Shown piece after piece: positions 49,723-61,100 of a stretch of DNA of 64,000 bases (its first letter is position 1; the number at the start of each line of letters is the position of its first letter). Location of the stretch: NCBI GenBank assembly GCA_016748015.1, contig JAAOMT010000639.1:124001-188000 (forward strand), given 5' to 3'. The position numbers and the translations under genes were made by a program. A model generated the notes under the pieces. That model worked only from the letters and a program-made list of their open reading frames with translations, had not been told where the DNA came from and searched no databases. Origin of the DNA: Geosiphon pyriformis uo1 (taxonomy: Eukaryota > Fungi > Glomeromycota).

Positions 49723-52700
49723 TTATGTGTTTGGTCTAATAATTATGATTAGTTCCAGATCTTGTGGAATCTCATCTAGTTGGATTAGTATTCTCTGTAC
49801 TCCTAATTGTGAAATATTATTGGTAGATGGTAATACTATATGGTAATATGGTTTCAGTTGATTACCATGTGCTGCTTTGGTTAAGATTTTGTTGTTCTAT
49901 CTTAATTTATAAGCTCCATTTCCAAGAATTTCTTCTATGTAAAATGGTCTATCTCATTTGGGGTCAAATTTTCCACTTCATTGTTTTTCTACTTTAGTAT
50001 GATATAGAAGTACTTTGTCTCCAATTTTGAATTCAGCTGGTTTATCTGGTAGTTGGTTATCATGTCTTTTTTTTTGTTTTTTTTGTGACTTTTGGATGTT
50101 ATCAGCTGCTCTTTGCTATTTGTTTTCTAGTGTCTCCATCAAGTCATATGTTCTTCTTAGCAACATTTTCTGAAAATTGTCTTCAGTTATTGGTTCTGTT
50201 AGATAAGTGTTAACTTCTATCTCAACTGGTAATGTTGCTGTTCTACTGTATATTAATTTAAATAATGTTGTTTGTGTAGTGTCTTGCTTTATTGTCCAAT
50301 AAGCAAATAATACTGATGGTATAAACAAATTTTATTTGTTCTGGTTTTTTTGACTGATCTTGGTGATTGCTTTACACAATATTCTGTTAAATCTTTCAAC
50401 TAACCCATTTGTTTGTAGATAATATAGTGATAATAATGGTCTTTTTATCCCAAATCTTTGACTTAATTCTGTCAATGTTTTATTCACAAAGTAAGTTTCT
50501 TGATCTGATAGTAGTTTTTTTGGACATCTGTATTAATAGATTAAATCTTGATAAATGAATTTGGCAATGGATTCTGCATCTGCTCTTTGAATGGCTTTTG
50601 CTTCTGGCCATTTTGTAAGATAGTCTATGACTACTGCAATGTATCTGTTGTCTTTGCTAGTTATTGTTAACAGTCCAACTAGATCGATTCCAATATGATT
50701 TAATGGTTGTTTTACTTTGATTGGTTTCAATAGTTTATTGGGTTTTGTTCCACCTCTTCTTTGATAAGCATCACAATTTTAAACATATTAAGTGATGTCT
50801 GGATACATTAATGGCTAATGGTATCTTTTTCTGATTCTTTTCATGATTGCTTTTTTATGAAAATGTCCTGCTGTTGGATCTGAGTACATGTTGAATAATA
50901 TTGTCTCTTTTTCTGGTTTTGTGATTACTTTGGTTGGTTAATCTAGATTTTTTTTGTTCTTTCAGTAAAGTATATTTTAATGATTAATAAAATATTTTGA
51001 TTGTTGTTTTATGTTCTTTTGTTACTTTTGAGATAATTTCTTCTTGAACAGTTGGATATTTATATAATGTTGAAGTTGTTGATATTTTTGTATATTCATC
51101 TTTTATTATATTTTTAGGGTTGAAATGTTTTTAAATTTGTCTCATTTATGACAATCTATTAGCATTTCCATTTTTTTTTCCTTTTTTATAATGTACTGTG
51201 TAATTAAATAGTGAAAGTTCTATTTTCCATCTGACATAATAATTATCTGCAAATTCTTGTTTTTAAATTAAAGTTAATTCTTTGTGATTAATGTACACAT
51301 CAAACTTTTGGCTCAAGTATTCTCTCCATTTTATGACTGCTCAATAGATAGCTAAGTGTTTTAGTGCTGGAGTTCTATAGTTCTTTTCAGCTAGACTTAA
51401 GCTTCTACTGGCATAAGCTACTGGATGTTCTCTTCTATCTGGTTTTTTTTGTGATAGTACTGCTCCCAAGGCTTGGCCTGATGTATTGGTGGTAATAATG
51501 AATGGTTTGCTGTAATCTGAATATATCAATACTGGTATTTGAATAAGCTTTCTTCTTAGTGTGTCAAACACTTCTTGTTAAGCTTTTGTCCATTCATATT
51601 TTATATTCTTAGTTTGTAAATAATGGAGTGGCTGGACCAGTTTAGAAAAGTCTTTGATAAAGCAGCAATAGTACCCTGTGAATTCCAAGAATGTTTTTAG
51701 TTCTGTAAGATTGTTTGGTATTGGAAAGTTCTTGACAACTTCAATCTTGTCTGGATCTGTTTTGATGCTGTTTTTGCTTACAACATGTCCCAAAAACTTA
51801 AGTTCTGTTTTTTCAAAAAAGCATTTGTTGGCATTCAACTTTAATTCTGCTCTTCTCAACCTTTCAAACACTTGCTGAAAATGATGTAGATAGTTATCAA
51901 ATGTTTTGGAAAACATATTTGTGTCATCTAAGTAGACAACTACTAATTTCCATAGTAGTCTAGTATAAACAATTTTTATGAGCTATTGAAATGTTGCTGG
52001 CATATTTATCAATCCAAATAACATAACTTTAAATTCAAAATTTCTTTCCCGTGTGGTAAAAGCTGTTTTTTCTTTATCTTCTGACTTCATGACTACTTGT
52101 CAGTAACCGCTGTCTAAATCTAGAGTTAAGAACTATTTCTTTCCTCCAAAAGCATTGAAAAGTTCTTGGATCTTTGGAGTTGAATAGCTATCTCCTTTTG
52201 TTACTCTATTCAGTTTTTGGTAATCCACACAGAAGTGGATTTTTCCATTTTTCTTATGAACTAGTACTACTGGTGATGACTATAGGCTCATTGATGACTG
52301 AATTAATCTATTGTCAAGCATTCTATTTATTTTTTGATGAATGATTTCATGGCTGGCTGGTAGTACTCTGTATGCTCTCTGTTTAATTGGCATTGCATCT
52401 CCAGTCTTGATTTGATGTTGAATGATGTCAGTTCTACCAAATTCATTTTTGCTGGCAAAGATGTCATTGAAATTATTGAGTAACATTTTGAGCTGTATAT
52501 GTTGTAGTGGGTCTAAATTTCTTAAATTCATCTGTTTTAATTGTTCTGGTTGGAGCAGATAACATTCCTTTTATCCATAGATTGTTTGTGATGTGATATC
52601 TACATATCTACACAGTTGTAGAAAATCTGGAATGGTATTTGACAGTTGATCTTCAATTTTAGTGGTTAAATGTCCAATGATAGTTTCTTCTGATATTTCG

Positions 52701-55700
52701 ATGATATTTCCTGTGTTGTTGTAAATGGGAATTTTGATGTGACTGTGGTTTTTTGCTGATATGTGTAAATTGACCAATTTAATTTCTCCTAATTCACAAA
52801 GTGTTGCTTCTGTCTCAAAAATCTGTATTTAATCTTTTACTTTTCTTTCTATAACTACTATGTACTGGTCATATGGTGGAATAGAAATTGATTAACAAGT
52901 GAAGATAATTTCTCTCTTGTTAATAACTTCTTCCTTTGTTATATTGATTGGTATATCTATTCTACTTGTGGATCCGAATCTTTGTATCTCTTTAGCTGTA
53001 ATCCCTAATTCTTCCCTGTTTCTCACTGACACTAACTGAGCTACTTTAACCAGAGGCAGAAATATTGCCTGTGCTATCTTTTCATTTGGATTTATAATGT
53101 CTTTTCTGAGTCATTTTGTAGCATTGCAATAATATTTTCTACATATCCTAAATCAATTATTCCTTCTCTAATGTTGATTCCTTTTTTTGCTAAACTACTC
53201 CTAGATGCTAATTAAATTATGGTTGTTGTTGGGATTTTTAGTACTATTTTGAGATCAATGCAGATGTGTAAATGGGATTCCAATTTAATGGGATTTTTTC
53301 CTGGATATCTCAAATCAAACTCTGTATTGGTATTATGCGTGCATTTTAGCATAATACTTTCATTATTATTACTAAACCATCTGAGTTTTTGCTTCTTGAA
53401 AAGATCAGAAAGTGTGATATATGTTTCAGAGTTTAAATCAGAGCCCGAATTGTTATTAATTTTGTCCTTATGTTAAACAGAGCTGGAACTGTTATTTTTA
53501 TTATTGTCATTGTCAGAGTTTGAATTAGGATTGAAAGTTGATTCCAATTCTGATGCACAGCTGCTGATTAATTCTTCTTCTGGGATTGTGTAGATTATGC
53601 GTGGTGGTGGATTGTAAATGAGGTCACACTCATTATAATATTGAAAGTCACATGAAATCAAACAGTGATCATATAGTCAAATGTTGATTTCTTCTAAGCA
53701 TTGCTTTTGCTTTTTTTTTGTAAGCACTAGTTCTTGGTAGTGCTCATAGAATTGTTTTGGGTCCAAAAAATTTATGACTGGTTTTGGGTCCCAGTTGAGT
53801 TCTATGGATTTTAGTGGGTTATTTTTGATCATCTTTATTTCTTTTGGTAATGCTCCTTCGATTTTGGCAAAAGCCATTCGCCAAATTTTGTCATCATTGT
53901 GTAGACAACCATTTAAGTTTTTGACTGCTTGTCTCCAGACAGCATCTATGGGCATTTTTTTTCTTACCCAGTCACTTATGAGAATTGTGTATTGACACGA
54001 TTTATCACATGTTTTTCCTCTCTCAGAAATGTTATTCCACATTCTTTTATTGAGGAGAGTTTCTCCACAAGCCAAGCATAGCTTATTATCCTATTTTTCT
54101 ACTCATTTTGGTCTTCCAAAGCATTCAACAAGGCATAAGTGGCAATAGAACTTAGTTGCCATCTGGTATTTCTCATTGTCACCACAGCATGTACTCATTG
54201 ATGACAATTTCTTGTCACAATCGATGCATTCTAGTTTTGGGCAATAATAATTAGACAATTGTGGTTGCATGTAAATATATGGACGGTGAATGATGGCAGT
54301 AGTTAATATTGGTTTTTCTTCTTTTTTCTTGCCTTTTCCTTTTGTATTTTCCTCCCACTTCTAATTTATTAATTTTTTCTAGTTGTTGTCAGTTTCTCAG
54401 ACTTGATCAGCATTCCAGGTAAGTTCTTCCTTTTGTTTTCCTTTTCCATTGTTGTCCCAAGAGAGTATTGGTAGTAGCTCATTGTAGTTTTTGTCAGTCC
54501 AGGACACTTGATAAGCTTCTTAGGTAGGTTTTTTTTTTCTTTCTCGAATTTAATAAGTGAGGCTGATGGTGTGGTGATGGGTTTAAAGTGTCCACACATG
54601 GCAGGTACTCACATGTGTTGACTGTTCTGGCTAAGCTGTAATTCTTGCATGTTCCAGTTAAGCATGGCATTTGTTTTAACTAACCAGTCATTATCAACTA
54701 ATGCTTAGTACTGCATAGTTTCTATTACCAAAACTTTGATTGAAGTAATAATACCATTTACTTTAAAGAGAAAATTATCAATCTTGCCAATAGAAGTCTT
54801 GATTGCTCCATTAGTTATTATTATTCTGGCACTGGCAGTGTGATCAACTCAATGACCTAATTGGTTCATGAGTTGTCGTGTGATAATGCTGTCTACTGAT
54901 TCACTATTCAGAATGAGTTTGATAGCATGGCCATCTACTTTGGTGTTAGTGTATATGGTGGTGATTGGTTTTTCCTCGAGTACAGCTTCACTAAACAAAG
55001 AAGTTGCTGACAGTTCTTCAATTTCGAAGAGAAATATAGCTGTGAATGACTTGTTTTCCATAATGGTGGCTGGTGATATGTTGCTAGTAGGTGACTTGTT
55101 TTGGTGGGGTTCCCAATTGTTAGGTGAAATGTCTTCTGAAGTAACTAGGAGACTTAAATAGTGTTGAACATTTGGGTTTTGGGTGTATCTAGTGCCCAAA
55201 TTCCATTGTCAAGATTCTGATGGCTGGGTTGAGGAACTGGGAATCAGTTAATAGACTATTATTGACAATTTCTAGCTCTGTTGTGTTAGTCTCAGTTTTT
55301 GGGTTCTGTTTTGAGATAAGTTTTGGGGCAGTGTTTGAATTGGTTGGGGTTGATAGATTGCTGAAGACTGTGGCTAATAGATAGACTAAGACTGTGGTTG
55401 ATAAATTACTGGTGTTGTCAACTAATAAACTGGTGGTTAATAGAGTGGCTGTTGCATCATAGATAGGTAATTCAGTTGATATGATGCTGGGTTAGGTTGG
55501 TAATTTGGAGTTTGAAACCAGCAATTGGGATTTCAATATTGATTTTCCGATCGTTGATTATCTATTCTTAACCTGCAGTCAATCTTCAAATGTTTTTGTT
55601 TACCACAGTAGTAACAAACACATGTCTCCTGTTGTTACTATTGATTGGTCAAAGATGATAGATGCGACTAATTCTGGAAACAATTCACATTTCCTGAATT

Positions 55701-57183
55701 ATTGTGTTATTGTAAAGGTTAATAAATTGTTTGATTGTTAGCTAAGTATTTTTCTAATTTTTGGTTAATAGAATTACTGAATTGTTTCAACTTAGAATCC
55801 AATTCAGATGATCTGTTCATCACTAGATTGACAGCTTAAGCATAGTTAGCTTTGAGTTTAGCTGCTTCAAAATCTCTAGCACTTGTAATGGTAGCTTGAA
55901 GATCTACTGGATGCATTGGACATATGTATTGGAAGATACTACTGCACAGGCCTCTAATAAATTGATTTAGGATTTGTGATGTTGTGAAATAATCAGCCTG
56001 TATGGCCTGAATTTGGCACAGATTTCTGTGAAAACATCTTAAGTAAATAGTGACTGCTTCATTTTTTCCTTGCTTGATGATAGTGAAAGTGTTTGCCAAT
56101 TGGTTGATGCTATTATTATTGCTGAAATATTGTAGAAATGCAAGCTTGAATGCATTGAAATCTTGGAGTTTGTTAACCAAGCTTTGGTACCATAAATTGG
56201 CAGTATTCTGGAAAAAATAGGAGATGGCTTATATGGCTCTGGTGTCATCTCAACCATTGACTGTGATGGCTTTTTTCATATTATTCAGCCATACTTGGAC
56301 ATTGTTCTCTTCACTAGTGAACTTTTCGAGTTTTGTTATTGGAACATAAGCCATTTGGTTCAAGTTTAGTTGTTGTGGTGGTTGAATTTGGAGTTGTGAC
56401 AGTGGTTGTTATTGTGAAGCAACTGGTGGTGGGTTGATGACAATTACTGAAGATAAGTGTTATTGATTATTAATGTCAGAATTTCAATTGTTCTGATTTT
56501 GCTAAGTTTGAAAATTCAAAGTTTTGACTTCCAAATTCTCTAAATTTAAATCTTGCTGAATCTGAAAGTTTAGGGTTTTAATATTTAGGTTTTTTGGAAT
56601 TGGGTTCTGATAGGTAAATTCTTGATCTTTGGCTTCTTCTTTTTCTTTCTCTTCTGATTCCATTATCTCCCAAAGACTTGCATTTCCGAAATCTGGTTGA
56701 GGGGGTAGTAATCAGAATCCTGATGGCATTGGTGATTGCAATTTAAATTCTTTAAAATAATTACCATAGGTTCCTAATAATTCTGTTTTCTTTTGTTTAT
56801 TTTGAAATAGGAGTCATCCAAATGTTGGTGTTGCATTTGATGTGGACATGCCTACTGATGTTATGTTAATGGCACTTTTAGGTATATAGTAATAGGATGG
56901 GTTGTTTGGTGACTCAACTTTGGTTTTCTTCTAAGTGGATGGTTATATTCTTTGGAATATTACTGCTGATGTTTGCAGTTTTTTTTTTCTTTATTGGCAT
57001 AGGTAATTGGGTATCTTTGTTGAATGTGATATTCAATTTCTTTATTGATTTCTGTGATGATGGATGTGAAATTGTGGTTTGTTAGTAGGCTAGTGTTTTA
57101 AATTAATTTGTTGTAAAAGGTTTTTCTTGCTGACTTGGTATTTACTGGTGTCCCTAACAGATAGGCAATTCTCTTGTTGATGT
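49723..57183 (-). pseudogene. A3 gag-pol
   Basis: Track ORFs from 50116 to 56180 are colinear with A2 and A4. Confidence 0.88.
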
Positions 57184-58070
57184 TGTTACTCATAGAATAT
57201 AGGAAATATAGTATTATTAGTCAGTAGATATTAACCAATCAAAGGTAAACGTAGTAAATGTGGAATTCCAGAATTCTTTTCAGAGGAATTGCAGGATTCC
57301 AATTCTCCAATGAGGAATTGCAGAATTCCAGAATTCCAGAATTCCTCTCATCAGGAATTGCAGGATTCCAGGAATCCCAGGATTCTTGTTGCAAAAAATT
57401 GAGGAATTGAGGAATTGAGGAATCTCAATTATGTATATATAGCAGTAGGATTAAAAGCTGAAAAGACAGACCTCTCAGTTTAGATTTAATCTAAGCAACA
57501 TTCCAGTTCCAATCATCAAATAAATAATTATTTCATATCTCAACCCACTTTTTACTATCAACATGAAGTGTTGATAGTAATTGATACTTAACCATGCTGG
57601 AACAATAGCTCTTGATCATGGCTATTGACGAGATACTAATGTACCAAATTGCCTTGGCTTATTTTCTTTATTTTCTTTACTTTTATTTTCTTTATTTTAT
57701 TTTCTTTCTTTTTTTGATTTTGTTGTTGTATACTAATTGATTAAAAGATTAAGCACTGAGTTATTGATGTCAAGAATAGCCTGGTAAAAGACTCAGAAAT
57801 AATGGTAAGATTTTATATATTATCAGATAGCTTACTAGAAGGGCACGACTGCCAGACTAAATCCAGCCACCATGCTGAAAAAGAAATTGAGAAAACTCTT
57901 AGAAAGATACATCTACTATTGACACTATTGAATCTCTGTTCATTATATAAAAGACTCCATCAAAACCTTCAGATACTATACTTGCAGAACCTCATCCATG
58001 GAAGTAGCTTTTGAACACCAAATTATGGGTTTGTTATTTAATTCAACAGCAGAAATATTCACCTGTAATA
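57184..58070 (+). repeat. A4 5' LTR
   Basis: Homologous to the A2 and A3 LTRs; followed by the PBS. Confidence 0.88.
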
Positions 58071-58132
58071 TTTGGTGCTCCCTGTGAAGTATAATCTTAC
58101 AGAGAACCAGCACCAACAAACATTATCCAAAA

Positions 58133-61100
58133 GTGGCAGAATCAGAAAATATAGAAGCAAACCATTTAGGATTCACAAAATCCTTATTTCAACACTATTG
58201 TCAATACTTGGGATTAAACCACAATCATATATCCACCAAATCAGCCTTCAATTTCTACATCAACGAAAAGATTTCTTCTTTATTAGAAACATCAGTGAAT
58301 ACTGAATCAGCAAGAGAAACTTTTTATAGGGAGTTAATTCAAAACACCAACCTACCAACAAATCATAATTTCACATCTATCATCACTGAGATCAACAAAG
58401 AAATTGAACACCATACTCAACAAAGATATCCAATTACATATGCTAGTAAAGACAAGGGAAAACTACAAATACCAGCAGTAACACCCAGAAAAATACAGCC
58501 ACCTACTTGAAAGAAAAACAGAATTGAATCCTCAAGCAATCCATCTTACCACTATACACCTGGAAGCACCATCAACATATTAGCAACAAACACATTCCCA
58601 TCAACTATGACATCAGCATTTGGACAATTCCCATTCCAAAGTAGACAAAAAAAAACAGAATTATTAGAACCATATGGTGAATACTTTGAGGGATTTAATT
58701 CACAATTATCAACCCCATCAGGACTTTGATCACCACCACTTTCACCAGATTTTAGAATCTCTGATCTGTGGGAAGCAGCAGAATCAGAAAAAGAGGAAGA
58801 AGAATCAAAAAATTAAGAATTCACTTACCAGCACCCGATCACTGAAAACCCGGAAGTTGAAACCCTGAATTTTCAAACTCAGCAAAATCTAAATCTAGAA
58901 AATTCAGAAATCAAAACTCTGAATCATTAAAAGCAGAACAATCCAAACTCCAAATTAATTAATCAGCAAAACTTACCTCCAGTAATTGTCATCAATCAAC
59001 TGCCAATTAATCCCATAGCCAAACCTATACAACAGCCACTTCAAGTACCACCCCAACAACCATTACCTTTTCAACAACCACTTCAACAATCACCACAACC
59101 ACCCAACTTAGATCCAATGGCCTACGCACCAATTACAAAACTTGACAACTTTACCAACGAAGAGGACAATGCTCAAGTATGGCTGAATAATATAGAAAAG
59201 GCCATCACAGCCAATGGATGGAATGATGCCCGGACAATGCAAACTATTTCCTACTTTCTCAAGGATACCACCAATTCATGGTACTAGAGCTTGATTAATA
59301 AACCATAAGATTTTGATGCTTTCAAAGTGGAATTTCTAAGATACTTCAGCAACAATAACAGCATCAATCGCCTAGTCAACACATTTACTATCATGAAACA
59401 AGGAGAAACTGAAGCAGTCACCACTTACCTGGGATGCTTCCATCAAAATCTGTGCCAAATTCAAGCAATTGATGCCAACTACTTCACAGTACCACAGATC
59501 CTCAACCAGTTTATCCGTGGCCTGCACAGCAGCATCTTGCAACATGCACATCCATTACATCCAGGCATCTTTTAAGACACAGTCACATGCACTAGAGATT
59601 TTGAATCCGCTGAGTCAGAGGCTAATCATGTCCAAGCCATTAATCTAGTAATGAATGGATCATCTGAATTGGATTCCAAATTGGAGAAGTTCAGTGAATC
59701 AATTAATAAGAAACTGGAAGGATACTTAGCTGACAATTATCCCATTTATTAGTCTTCACAATGATGCAATAATCAAGGAAACTCTAATTATGCCCAAAAT
59801 CAACCATGTCCATCTTAATTGACCAATCAACAGTGGCAACAGAAAATGTGTATCTGCCACTATTGTGGTAAACAAAGACATATCCAAATTGACTTTTGCC
59901 AGCATTTAAATAACCAATGATCAGGAAACCAATATTGAAACTCTGATCGCCGGTTCCAAACTTCAAATCAGTATCCAAATCAAAACCAACCCGCTTACCT
60001 ACCAGTGACGCAGTCATCAGTCTATTAATCTCTGGTGTATCAAGCTCCAATCTATCAACCACAGCCACAAGTAATTTATCAACAACTGCAGCCACAAATA
60101 ATCTATTAGCCCCAACAAATCCAAACACCACCCCAAAGCTTACCACCCAATGAAACCCAAAGACTGAGAATGACTCAACAGAGCTGGAGATCAGTAATAG
60201 TAGTCCATCAACCAATCCCCAGTTCTTCACAGCAACCATCTGGATTATGCCAGCAGAATTCAGGTGCCGGTCAACCCCAAAACCCAAATTCTCAGAACTA
60301 TTTAAGTCTCCTGGTCACCTCAGAAGACATCTCAACTAATAACCTGGCATTCGCCCAAAAACAACCACTCACCAGTAATATCACATCTGCTACCATCACC
60401 AAAAATGAGTCTTTGGCTGCTATATTCCCATTCAAATTTGAGGAAACAACTGCAATGCCATTATTTAATGGAGTCACTCTTGAAGCCAAACCAATCACTG
60501 CGATGTATATTGATGCCAAAGTCGAGGGACAATCTATCAAATTGATCTTTAACAGTAGTTCAGCAGGCAGCATCATCACACGACAACTCATAGATCAATT
60601 AGATCACCAAGTTGATTGAGCTGCCAGTGCCAGAATCATTACAGCCAATGGAGCAACCAAAACTCCAATCGGCAAAATCAACAACTTCCCTTTCGAAGTC
60701 AATGGCATTGTAACTCTCATTAAAGTTCTAATTATGGAAGCCACTCAATACCAAGCTCTCGTTGGTAATGACTGGCTATCTAAAGTCAATGCAATGTTAG
60801 ACTGGAACACCCAGGAACTCCAGCTAACATATCAGGGCCAACACATATGTGTACCAGCCACGTATGGCCATTTCAAGACTCCTTCAAGAGAGAAACTATT
60901 AATCAAACTGGAGGAAGAGAAAGAGAAACCTACCTGAGAAGCTTACCAAGTCTCCTGGGCCAACACTGACCACAACAAACTATTACCAATACTCTTGTGG
61001 AACGACAACCCTAAGGGAAAGCAAAAAGAGGAACTGACCTAGGAAACAGATAATTTGACCTGGACCGACAACGAACAGGAAGAACCATCAAGTTGGGAGT

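Larger units (their letters stand above)
48174..57183 (-). mobile_element. A3: family-A element inserted at the start of L0 ORF2; interrupted in gag by A4; 5' LTR outside the window
   Basis: 3' LTR 48174-49010, PPT, ORF3, IN, RH, RT (YLDD), dUTPase, Cys-rich region, PR and gag in order. Confidence 0.9.
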
